NCBI RefSeq assembly: GCF_001194135.2
Contig: NC_068983.1
Coordinates: 127,433,499 to 127,497,498 of the forward strand
From: Octopus bimaculoides
Lineage: Eukaryota
Length of the DNA stretch: 64,000 nt
Direction of reading: 5' to 3'
Of the stretch, positions 52,469-64,000 are shown one piece after another; the first letter of the stretch is position 1; every line of letters starts with the position of its first letter. A program made the translations under genes and the position numbers. The notes under the pieces were generated by a model. The model saw only the letters and a program-made list of their open reading frames with translations. It was not told the DNA's origin and searched no databases.

Positions 52469-52500
<32 letters not shown>

Positions 52501-52549
52501 ATGCACAAATTATATATATATGTACATACGAGGAAACTTGCGTAATCTT

Positions 52550-52796
52550 AAAGGCCTAATGAGTGCATTTAGTAGACGGAAACTGAAAGGAGTCCGTCAC
52601 ACACACATATATATATATATATATGTGTGTATTTTTATTACTGTGTTCCCTCCACCACTGCTTAACGACTGATGTTGGTGTGTTTGCTCCCTCGTAACTT
52701 ATCACTTCGACGAAAGTGGCTGTTAAAATAAACACTAGACTTACAAAACATTCGTACTGAGATCAATTCGTTCGGCTAAACTTCTACAAGGCGGCG
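52550..52796 (+). mobile_element. SINE family B 3' part with internal (CA)(TA) tract
   Basis: tagtagacggaaactgaaaggagtccgtc, then ccaccactgcttaacgactgatgttggtgtgttt... Confidence 0.7.
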
Positions 52797-52945
52797 TAAT
52801 GCGTGCGCGCGCATGTCGCAGTGTTTGTTCATTTCTGCAAATCGAAATATCATTAGCATATGCTGCTGCTGTTCTTGCTGTTGCTGCTTTTATCGTTATT
52901 CCTACCACAGCAAATGCTTGTAACTCTTTTTCTACTTCCTTTCCT

Positions 52946-53010
52946 TTCTCTTCTTCTTCTTCTTCTTCTTCTTCTTCTTCTTCTTCTTCTGCTACTACTG
53001 CTACTACTAC
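52946..53010. repeat. (TTC)n-(CTA)n microsatellite
   Basis: Directly visible; explains the poly-S ORF 52799-53086. Confidence 0.9.
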
Positions 53011-54743
53011 TACTACTGTTGTTATTATTTTGCTAAACAGTCGGAAAGAGTTTTTGTACTGGTATGTAGAGGGCTTCCCTGTGTAATAAATTTTAATATC
53101 GTTAATGCCGCCGCTTAAATTCCCTGTGAAATCAAATTTCTTTTATTCTGATATTTTCCTTGAGGAAGTCATGAACTTTGCCCCATTAGAATAAAGAGGA
53201 TTTCCGTCGAGACGCAAATGAATTAATAATATTAATGTGTTAGTGTTTGAACTTTACCATAGACGCGTGCATCTGACTAAATATCCTAAACCACATATTG
53301 GACAATTTTGTATTAGCATTAAATTGGCATTAAAATAATAAAACAAAATTAAATACACGTTTGGAAAATTATATTTGTCAGTGACAACTCGAAGTAGATG
53401 AAGCACTAAATATCAGAATGTACATAGTGGGTTAAAACCCTTTTGGGTAGAAAAATCGAAGGTTACCAGTGGTAATATTTTTTTTTATATATTCTGTATA
53501 AATTTCGTAGAAAGTATAGTTCAGTACATTAAGGAGATTTGTTATATTTTGATCGTACTTATCCTAGCCATAACTTTGTAGTAAAGTAAAATTAAACTTC
53601 ATCAAATTAGAAAATATTACTTTAAAAATAAGTGAACATTGGATCATGTAGTTGTAGATATACGAAGCTATTAAGAGAAAGGTGTAGTGTTCATGGCTGA
53701 AATGTCATTTTTTTACGAAAAGCGTGCTCATTCATCGCTACGTTCTTCGCTCAGAAATTTGTTATGCCTGGATCAACAATGATGACTGCTTTATTCATTC
53801 AAACTTGCCTGAACCGAAATAGCATCTGAATGTATGGAGCACCAGCTGAAAGGGGTATGCTTGCTCAGAGCTATGTTGAAGTTGTATGGCTTGATCACGA
53901 CTGAAGCTTCTTTTATGATAGGATTATGCATCGACGTCTACAGTACGTAGTTAACCATCGAACAACTTCCTTAAGAATTCTGCTGATATAATTATATGAG
54001 GTGTAACTCCATCACAGGCTGGTGATAAATGTATGCAATGAATTATTACCTAAGGTCTAAATGCATGCTCAAAGCTGAAACACATGTATATAGTACTTTA
54101 CAGGTTGAAAGACAACAACTCTATAAATTCTAGGCCCTTTAATATAACTGGTTTTACCCTGTTATTATAATAACTATTATATAATAACTGATTTTATTAA
54201 TCCTGAACTTTCTCATTATCAGGTTAGATTTCGAAAGTAATGCTATCGATATAATTTAACTGGTCGTAATTCGTGATGGAGTAATTAGTATGTTGCCATG
54301 ACATACTACATGTCCTGAGAGGTTAAAGATAGTAGAAATTATATCTCTCCAAATTATAATAAGGCTTTTCCATTCAGAAAAATACAGTGAGACTTATTAC
54401 TCCCAGTACAAATGAAACAAATTGTTTATAAACCATGAATGAATGAAAGCGATGTTTTTGTACTCACAGATTGCGGTCAATTACATTAAATATTCTATGT
54501 ATGAAGTGACCTAATGATTCGGTCAACAGGTCCCTTAAGTAATTGCATCGTATTTTGTATCAACAATCCAGTCTCTTATACAACTTCCTAATACAGCAAT
54601 CAGCGTAGAATAAGTCGAATAAGTCTAGAATTGTAACAACTGATACTTCACACCTCAAATATGTTTCACTTTACAATTCTATACTTTTGATAGTAGCTTA
54701 TTATTCACTGACATAATTTTTTGCTCTTTGACATAACACAATT

Positions 54744-54943
54744 AATCCTTTCTGCAATAGGAACAAGGCCTGAAATTTGAGTGAGAGGGATTTTATTGAC
54801 TCCAGCACTTAATTGTTACTTATGTCGTCGATACACAGAATTGATAATATGTTCAGTCGACCGCGGTGGAATTTGAACTCAGAACGTAATGACAGATGGC
54901 AGCATTTCATCCGAAGAACTATCGATTCTGTCGGTTCTCCCTC
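54744..54943 (-). mobile_element. SINE family A
   Basis: Reverse-complement match to 56132-56340 (aatcctttctgcaataggaacaaggcctgaaattt...gtcgaccgcggtggaatttgaactcagaacgtaa...cgattctg). Confidence 0.8.
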
Positions 54944-56131
54944 TAGAAATAATAAAAACAAAAAATATGCTACTGCTTCTCTTTTGGATATCAACATTTT
55001 CGAAAGATGGTGAAAACAAAACAGTCAACAAAACTCATGTCAATGCAGTATCTCTTGGATTATTGCCAGTGATGGCTATTCCATCATTGCAAATATAAAT
55101 TATTATTTAATTGACAGTGCTAATCGTTACCTAATTACCAGAGGTAATGAATAAAAGCGGTAATTATAAATAAAAGGACATTGGTAATTATAAATAAAAT
55201 AACAGTGGTATTATTACTTATTACCTGAAGTATTATACACTAATCATCAGTGTCAAGTATTGATTGCTAGTCAACCCAATGGTAACTAGTACTTAATCAT
55301 CAGTTGTGACTAGTATTTAACAAGCAATAGTGATTGATATTTTGTTGCATTCGTTAACAAAAATGTCATTGATTATAACGACTAGTAAAGAAGCCGAATT
55401 GAAGGTGGTAACGTTAACGTAGTCATTCTCATATGATGTTAGCTCACTTCATATAATAATAACAGGTGGTAGTGATTTGGCGATACTTGTGGCGGCCATA
55501 CTGAAGGCTAGAGTTACGCCTGTGTGTAGAATATATCTATACATACGAGTGAGTGTACATATATATCTGTACGTATGTGTACATGTGTGTGTGTATTTAC
55601 GTGTTGTCATTGTGTCTTTGGTCGTCCCCTATTACAGTTTGATAACTATCGTTGGTGTGTTTACGCGCCTGTAATCTAGCGGGCGGGTCATCAAAAGTTT
55701 AGATAAAATAAGTACTTTGCCTTAGAGATAATTCCTGGAACCAATTTTTTAAACTAAAACACTTCTAGGTGGTACACCAGCATGGCCACTCTCATATGAC
55801 TGAAACAGTTAGAAGAATTAATGAGTATGTAGTCGAATATATTGGATGTGTTTTCGCGTTTTCCGTAATTCTGAACATGGATTGTTTCCTTCTGATCGGT
55901 ACTTTGGACGTTTTGTATAATTTCATGAAGTTCTTTCCTTCTGATTCATTAGGAATATTATCGACCACCAAATGATTTAAAGGAATGTCCACTAAGCTCT
56001 TTCATATTATTCTACATTATTTCATAATTTTTTTCATAGAATTACCTTAAAATTACATGCATCACTCTTGCACTATTGATTATCACATATTCCCATGTAT
56101 ATTTTTCCATGTCATTATATATTTCGAAGTT

Positions 56132-56340
56132 AAGGCGGCGAGCTGGCAGAATCGTTGGCACACCGGGCGAAATGCTTAGCCGTATTTCGTCTGCCGCTAT
56201 GTTCAAATTGCACCGAGGTCGATTTGCCTTCCATTCTCTTGAGGTCGATAAATTAAGTACCAGTTGCGTAGTGGATTCGATCTAATCGACTGGCCACTCT
56301 ACCCAGATTTTCAGGCCTTCTGCCTATAGTAGAAAAGATT
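56132..56340 (+). mobile_element. SINE family A, best-preserved copy
   Basis: ggcggcgagctggcagaatcgttggcacaccgggcgaaatgcttagccgtatttcg...gtcgataaattaagtaccagttg...caggccttctgcctatagtagaaaagatt. Confidence 0.85.
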
Positions 56341-57394
56341 ATATATTTCGAAATTGAATTTCGTTCCGTTATATTCCGATTTTTTCATTTCTATATCTGT
56401 AACTCCGTTTCTCATTTATTTATTTTGTGGGGAGTTGTGATCTTTTTTTATAAGTTTCACACACTTACTAACTAATAGTGTTTTATCAATAGAATTTCTC
56501 TATCTATTGGATGTTTTATAATCGATAACACATCGCCTAAGTACTACGCATGCTTTCTGTATATATTCGATGCATATTCTGAATTGCAACTAATAGTTTC
56601 TTTTAACTTTTCTCACATTTCCCTTTCCTTCGACTGTTTTTTTAACTCTCTATTTATCTTCACTATACCATATCTTCTCACTTTTTTCTCTTTTCTTCTT
56701 CATCCCCTGTTTTTTTCTCTCTATTCCCAGTGTGCCACCTTTTCCATAGCAAGTTTTAGCATTTATTTCTAACATGTACTGCTCCTTGTTCTTTTGGCCT
56801 TAGATATACAAATATTGTTAAACTAGTCTATTAATTAAAACTGACCCCATACAACCTGTGACAAGCAAAATCGTTAACAAGTTTTTCTTCCTGATACTTG
56901 AGTAGCTTCTAAGCTGATGTAAAGACAGTATGTCCTATGTCTATCTCCTTACCTTTTTGGAGATTTTAGGTAAAATTATACTAATGTGTCCATCTGTTTT
57001 AATTTAATAAAATTCTATGCATTTATGCAGCTGAGGATTGCTCTGTATTCAAATTGACGTTATGATTGCATTGTTCAATTAGATGGAGTTGCTTGAATCT
57101 ATCGTATTGCATTAACTGTGCATATCCTTGTTGCTTAATTTGATTTTAATCACTTTATTTTGAAATTGTATGGATAATAACGTACTAAATTCTAGTGCCT
57201 CACGTTACGTACCATATTCATCTGAATATGTATANNNNNNNNNNNNNNNNNNNNNNNNNNNNNNNNNNNNNNNNNNNNNNNNNNNNNNNNNNNNNNNNNN
57301 NNNNNNNNNNNNNNNNNNNNNNNNNNNNNNNNNNNNNNNNNNNNNNNNNNNNNNNNNNNNNNNNNNNNNNNNNNNNNNNNNNNNNNNNNNNNNN

Positions 57395-57426
<32 letters not shown>

Positions 57427-57823
57427 CAGCAGTCGACTTCGCCCTGGTTCTCTTGTGTAGCTTCCATGCTCTCCACGACGCCCTCCAATTCAACCGGGCA
57501 TGATAATATCGCCTCACCGCTCATTGCATGATGTAAAATATTAGATCCAATAAATATTGCACGCCACATTACAGACCATTTCCACCATACTGATACGATC
57601 CAGAGACATATCAGGGTAAGCTATTCAAGGCTAGTATTGGTTGAAGGCTCGGAAATGTGGCAGAGCCATGATCTCAAGCGCAAGAAAAAGTCTTTAAAAT
57701 ATCCAATGCCATTCACTTCATATCTGGTCTTATATCAGAGTGACCTTCTCTTATCGCATGCTTTAGCTAAAGCTAGTGTGTACCACATAGAGAGATAGGT
57801 AAAAAGATAGATATATGCGTGTC

Positions 57824-57862
<39 letters not shown>

Positions 57863-57872
57863 NNNNNNNNNN

Positions 57873-57900
<28 letters not shown>

Positions 57901-57904
<4 letters not shown>

Positions 57905-58560
57905 TTCTTTTTCCATGAAGAATTATGTTACTACTTTTTTAAAGCCAGGTAAACGTCTTTCCCAGCTGGTTAATAACACACGTTTTGTATCGGATGTATT
58001 GTGACGAAGGGAGCGAATTACGCCCCTGAAGCTGGGCAAGACCAGTAGACCACGGTTTCTGGGTCTTTACCCTTCATGGGTACTGGACACATGCTTGCTA
58101 AAGATGGCACTCAATTGTCCTGACTCGGAATATATAAACATAGAAGCATCAGACCGCAGCTGATCTCGTAATAGGTGAAAGAACTAGTTCTAAAATCTGC
58201 AAACGAGATATATGTAATAACAATACAAGACGGAAACGTTTTTGCCACTATAAAGAACTGTGTTACTACATTGTAACCAGAGGAAAACGTCTTTTCCAGC
58301 TGGTTAACCGTATACAGTCTTTGTTCGCTATTTTGTAAGGGAGCGTATCACTCCCCTCCAGCTTTGCAAGACCAGTAGGCCATGGTTTCTGTGTCTTTAC
58401 CCGTCATCGGTATTGGACACCTAGAGATGGAATCAATCATTCCTACTCACAATATATAAACGGACAAGCAGCAGACAACCGCTGATCTCATAATGACTAA
58501 AATAGCTAGTTCGAAAATCTATACACGAGATATAAGTAGTAACAATCACTAGACGGTAAC
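57901..58560 (+). repeat. Two diverged tandem copies of a 334-bp unit
   Basis: ccagctggtt at 57962 and 58296; gcaagaccagtagRcc, tatataaac (58131, 58453), gctgatctc and acgagatat all recur in the same order. Confidence 0.88.
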
Positions 58561-58810
58561 GGGCGTCCAGTACCAATGAAGTGCAAAGGCCCAGAAACCA
58601 CGGTCTACTGGTCTTGCCAAGCTGGATGTGCGTGGTTCGCTCCTTTCGCCACAATATATAAGCCACAGGTCAGGTATTACTAACCAGCTGGAACAAATCA
58701 TTTTCTTATGGGTTAAAATGTAGTAAAATAGTACCCTATTGAGCAATAATATAGTGGTAAAAAAAACAAAAAAAAAACGTTACATATGGTATTGTTACTA
58801 CTTATGACTG
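58561..58810 (-). repeat. Inverted partial third copy of the 334-bp unit
   Basis: Reverse complement reads ...ttactacatt...ttccagctggttag...tgtggcgaaaggagcgaa...gcaagaccagtagaccgtggtttctggg...ggtactggac. Confidence 0.85.
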
Positions 58811-58940
58811 GCCCGGCGATTTTGAAACTACCTATCTTGCTTGTTATATATATGGTAACAGTTTTTGTTATATTACTTTACATCTAGTATTTGAGTACTC
58901 TTTTTCCCACCATGTTGCACATTTTTTTTGTGTTTACTCC

Positions 58941-59008
<68 letters not shown>

Positions 59009-62000
59009 AGAAAGGAAGAAATAAATAAATAAATATAAAGAAAGAAAGAAATAAAGAAAGAAAGAAAGAAGGAAAGAAAGAAAGTAAGGAAAAAGTAAGA
59101 AATAGAATTAATAAGCAATGTGACCAAGCAGCTTAAGGACTCCGGCTGCCTGTGAATGAATTAGTAACATTAGTGAATGTTATACTTGAAGCGAATAAAA
59201 AAAATATTTAACAGACTGCCTTTCCTACTTTTCCTTTATATTTATTATCTAACAAATGCGTACCTATTCATTTCATATTAATTTTCTTTCAGTTAGAAAA
59301 GTTCCGCTGTACATAGAAAGAACCCTGGTTGCGTAATGTAGATATCCTAATGATATCTCGGTAATTTGCGATACGGCAACGGTTAGTAAATAAGTAATGT
59401 ATTTATTGGACTGACCTGACAACTCACAGTCACATGGCATATGAATTTCAGCTATGAACTCCTTAGATGTTCTAATAACTGAAGCAGCTTAACGAGTTCA
59501 AGCTATTATTCTGCTATATTAATTATCAGCGTAATTATAACGTTGCTTTCTGCGCCGTTATTACTGTCATTGATAGTTTAACTGCTATTTTAAGTTGTTG
59601 TTGCTCTTGCTGATGTAATAGGTGTTGATTCTTTGTTCTTGCTAGTGTTACTTAGCCTCAGCTGAGACCAAATCAAATTGACCTGCAGATAATGCTGCTC
59701 CAGACATCAACTTTCTGTTATTTGTACAAACATTTGTCTGCAAATATTATTCCTAGATTTAAAGTATTCCGCATGAACTTCTTTATCCTTCTATATTAAA
59801 CATTGGCTGCAGTTTTTTGTAGACCGAGCGTGACAGATCAAATGTTCGGACTCTATCTATTGGCTGGAAATTTGAGAAGAACTTATGGACACAAAAAGAC
59901 TTGTCAGGAGACTGAAACCTGTCAGTTTTATAATAAGAGAAAATTGATTACTGCGGGTTTTACAAATTTTTGAGTTAAATATAAACAGCATTATATTCTA
60001 TAAATACATCTAGATCTGTGATGAATTTGATTTCGGAGTCCAGAAGCGAATGCAGTGCGCATCACATAAAATCACATCGGGAATAAGTTGTGAAATTATA
60101 GCGCCAGTTTAACAGATAAACGTTAAAGCAATCAGAACTAGTAATACTGTTTACGTGCAATCATCCTTCCTGCTAGAAATAGCGACAAAGTCACCTTAAA
60201 ATCCCAACGTAATTTCTACACATACAAAAATTCATTTCGCATAAAAGCAAAACTAAGTTTCATATTTTCTTTTTAAGACTATAAAATGAACATAAAACAT
60301 TTATTATAGACGGAAACATCATTTCACGAACAATAACAATATATTTCTGAATTATCTACAAAACAAGTGCGGGCAAAATTCATTGTTCCAATGCGACCCG
60401 GATATGATATATTTTCGGAGTCATTCTACATTTAAGTGTCCATAATGGTTTTCAACTTAAGTGGAGTGATGTTAATTATTTAGTTATTAAACAAATATTT
60501 GTCTATTGCATCTACGCCAATAAAATTCGGTGTATGTGTACTCTAGTGAAAATAACGTGTTATTCTTTACTGAAGTATTTTGAAGTATGTTCAATATAAA
60601 ATTTGTTTCTTTCTATATAATTTTACATAAAGTATCAAACATGAATATATATGTATATGCATATATATATATATANNNNNNNNNNNNNNNNNNNNNNNNN
60701 NNNNNNNNNNNNNNNNNNNNNNNNNNNNNNNNNNNNNNNNNNNNNNNNNNNNNNNNNNNNNNNNNNNNNNNNNNNNNNNNNNNNNNNNNNNNNNNNNNNN
60801 NNNNNNNNNNNNNNNNNNNNNNNNNNNNNNNNNNNNNNNNNNNNNNNNNNNNNNNNNNNNNNNNNNNNNNNNNNNNNNNNNNNNNNNNNNNNNNNNNNNN
60901 NNNNNNNNNNNNNNNNNNNNNNNNNNNNNNNNNNNNNNNNNNNNNNNNNNNNNNNNNNNNNNNNNNNNNNNNNNNNNNNNNNNNNNNNNNNNNNNNNNNN
61001 NNNNNNNNNNNNNNNNNNNNNNNNNNNNNNNNNNNNNNNNNNNNNNNNNNNNNNNNNNNNNNNNNNNNNNNNNNNNNNNNNNNNNNNNNNNNNNNNNNNN
61101 NNNNNNNNNNNNNNNNNNNNNNNNNNNNNNNNNNNNNNNNNNNNNNNNNNNNNNNNNNNNNNNNNNNNNNNNNNNNNNNNNNNNNNNNNNNNNNNNNNNN
61201 NNNNNNNNNNNNNNNNNNNNNNNNNNNNNNNNNNNNNNNNNNNNNNNNNNNNNNNNNNNNNNNNNNNNNNNNNNNNNNNNNNNNNNNNNNNNNNNNNNNN
61301 NNNNNNNNNNNNNNNNNNNNNNNNNNNNNNNNNNNTATATATATATATATATATATCGCATTGTAAATAAACGAAAAATAAGTGTACAACTGGATTGGAG
61401 GCAGACACAGTAAGTCTCTGATTTTTTATCACCTATCAACCAAATAGTATCACTCAGTTTCGCATCATTACTCATAAAACTGAGAACTCCCCAAGCTGGT
61501 GGTGCCCACAAAAGAGGCGGTGTATATAGGGCATCGTAGAAACAAAGCAACAGAGAGAGGACATACGAAATATAACAAGATATAATTTAAGACAATGAAC
61601 AAAGACGAAATAAATAAGAAACGAGCAAACTACAGTCTGAAGGACCTAAAAAAATAATAAATAACAAATTGGTGGGTAACACTTAGAAGAGATCCAAAAG
61701 GATATAGAAAACAGCAGATTGCACGGCAGAGAGAATTTATACGACCAGGCATTTACGCGTCTGGTGTGAAAAAGGGAGAGAATGAAGTGGCGAAAAAGAG
61801 AAAGGCTACAAATACAAGCTAGATGGCGAGAGAGAGAGAAAATGCGGAAATTGGAAAGGCTAGAAATAGAACTAAGAGGTGAGAGAGAGAAAAGGATGAA
61901 GAGTGAAGGCAAGAATAGAGTCAGACAGGTATATAAATATTATTGTTAATAAAGGTCTGGGTTCATTGCGAACCATTACTTAATAAATGAAAGTATGCAT

Positions 62001-62362
62001 TGTAAACAAACAATGTCATATAAAAGAAACGCATGCGCACACTGAGAGTACAACCGTATACGTTTTTTTTTTATTTATCGTTGTTTATTTACAATGCATT
62101 TTTACATTTATTAAGAATGGTACACAAAGCACCATAAATTGTGTTAAGTGTACGTTATATATATATATATNNNNNNNNNNNNNNNNNNNNNNNNNNNNNN
62201 NNNNNNNNNNNNNNNNNNNNNNNNNNNNNNNNNNNNNNNNNNNNNNNNNNNNNNNNNNNNNNNNNNNNNNNNNNNNNNNNNNNNNNNNNNNNNNNNNNNN
62301 NNNNNNNNNNNNNNNNNNNNNNNNNNNNNNNNNNNNNNNNNNNNNNNNNNNNNNNNNNNNNN

Positions 62363-62399
<37 letters not shown>

Positions 62400-62486
62400 A
62401 TTCATACGTAGGTCTGATCAATAAGTATACAGACTACGGCTAAAGTAACAAAATTAAAGAACACAGAGAGAAGCCGAAATCACGCC

Positions 62487-62840
62487 ATGTGCCCTCTAAG
62501 AGAATCTTGGCTCTCAAGAGCCGCAGTATACAGAGCTATCGTTACACCATCGGATGGCATTACACGGAGTATGACAGCTAATGAATTCAAGGGAAGATAC
62601 TCCTCGCATATGCACACAATCAGATTCAGGGACCCAGACAACTCTACTTTCCTGTCTCATTTTCTCTTGAGACCCAATATCAAGTGCACTATTCACCTGG
62701 CACCCCCAAATGCTAGTTCTGCTTCCGCGAAAAAGTGGATATCCTCCAACAACCCGCTATATCAATCAGGAAGAAATACGATTTATCGTATTGCTCTCAC
62801 CAGATGTATGCACTTCAGGCAAATATCAGACTTCTGACTA
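62487..62840 (+). mobile_element. Penelope-like element GIY-YIG endonuclease fragment (type 2, CPLxxxCL type)
   Basis: CPLRESWLSRAAVYRAIVT...TANEFKGRYSSHMHTIR...STFLSH (cf. CPLxGxCL...VVYxAxV...TxxxFKxRYxxH...STxLS). Confidence 0.8.
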
Positions 62841-62938
62841 ACGACAGCCCGGATGTACCACCTTAGCACCAGCTGCTACTCTGTACCGCCTGCATCAAGA
62901 TCACTGCTATCAACCAACTCCATGAACAGGGCTGCCAG

Positions 62939-62994
62939 TTACCAATCCCCAACGTTTACCAAAAGCCAACGCTTACCAATTCCCAACGCTTACC
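62939..62994. repeat. 17-bp minisatellite, 3.3 copies
   Basis: ttaccaatccccaacgt / ttaccaaaagccaacgc / ttaccaattcccaacgc / ttacc. Confidence 0.8.
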
Positions 62995-63299
62995 TCTCCA
63001 TAACCCTTGTTTTGTGCGTGTATATTCACGCGCACGCGAATGCATATGTACACACACATGCATGTGTGCTCGCACACTGTTATGCATGCGTGCATGCATG
63101 CAAATATACAGACATATGTACATCTGAATGAATACGCAGGTGTGTGTATACATGTGAGTGCATGTGTCCGTGCATTGTTCACTTAATGTCGTGTGTGAAT
63201 GATATTTATTACAATATAGTGTATTCTATGAATATCAGGCAGATCTTTGTAAGATAACTAACTACTGTATTGAATAAAACATTTCGAAATAGTGGTTTC

Positions 63300-63499
63300 C
63301 AATTTTGGCAGGTGGCCATCAAATCCTGAGGGGAGAAAAATTGATTACATCGACCTCAGTGCGCAACTGATAATAATTTTATCGAGTACTGAAAAGATAA
63401 AAGACGAACTTGGCAGAGTTTGAACTCGAAATATAGAGACAGACGAAATGACTCGAAGCTGTTACTCTTCATGTTGACGACTCTGCCAGCTCGTCGTCT
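63300..63499 (-). mobile_element. SINE family A
   Basis: ctctgccagctcgtcgtc (reverse complement of the head), gagtttgaactc, gattacatcgacctcagtgcgcaactg. Confidence 0.75.
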
Positions 63500-63654
63500 C
63501 AGTAGTGTAATAAGTAATAATGTTACATGAAAATTGTTTTACGTAATTTTTTTCATTTTAAATATTTGTAACGATTAAAACCACGACAATCGTTTTGATG
63601 AGATGTAACATATGAGTTAAACAAGGACAATATTTTAACACAAAAACATAATTT

Positions 63655-63815
63655 TTAGGCTTTGAATTTGCTTTTAGGCATTGCCACTGTTTTCGTGGAG
63701 CTTTAGGTGTTTTCGCTCAAAATACACACACACAACGCCCGGTCTGGGAATCAAACCAGCAATCTCCCGTACCGCGAGTCCGCAGCCCTAACCACTGGAC
63801 CATTTCGTCTTCACC
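63655..63815 (-). mobile_element. tRNA-derived SINE (third family)
   Basis: Reverse complement tggtccagtggttagggctgcggactcgcgg...gctggtttgattcccagaccgggcgttg has A/B boxes, followed by a non-tRNA body. Confidence 0.7.
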
Positions 63816-64000
63816 GTCCAGACATACCATATAAGGTAAAATAAAATATAGATTTCTTTAAAAAAATAACAAACTATATTTGGACTCAAAAACGAATTTA
63901 GGCGTTACTGTCCCGTTTGTGTCCTCAAATATTTCAATCAAACTTTTTCTACTGAAGCAATTTTCAAATATATGTATATTATATATATATATATATATAT

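Noticed and set aside
57901-58810. CRISPR-like array or HDV-like ribozyme (ctgggcaa, gctaaag) in the 334-bp repeat
   Set aside because: The units are long and diverged with no repeat-spacer structure and no cas genes; HDV P1/P2/P3 pairings could not be built.

Overview
AT-rich, repeat-dense eukaryotic DNA from a gapped assembly with 15 N-runs, most flanked by (TA)n. The SINE and microsatellite landscape resembles an octopus genome as I remember it; this is an inference and no database was searched. I cannot support any intact protein-coding gene, tRNA, rRNA or CRISPR array. The long ORFs in the track are translations of N-gaps or microsatellites. What can be supported is a set of decayed mobile elements: a CR1-like LINE (~180-1510); two different R4/Dong-type 3' ends stacked in (AAT)n (4692-5713); a mariner with both TIRs (7743-8591) plus a second mariner fragment; a SPIN/Charlie-like hAT transposase relic; an RTE LINE with a PHD-like finger; a MITE; two distinct Penelope-type GIY-YIG fragments; and many SINEs. 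Three structures remain unexplained: a ~1.1 kb CpG-rich island that looks like a decayed Arg/Ser-rich ORF (48545-49620), a 334-bp tandem-plus-inverted repeat with a conserved TATATAAAC (57901-58810), and a structured repeat carrying hammerhead core words (46966-47058). A few splice-flanked mini-exon candidates are listed at low confidence. I see no convincing novel biological system; the leads below are hypotheses with stated tests.
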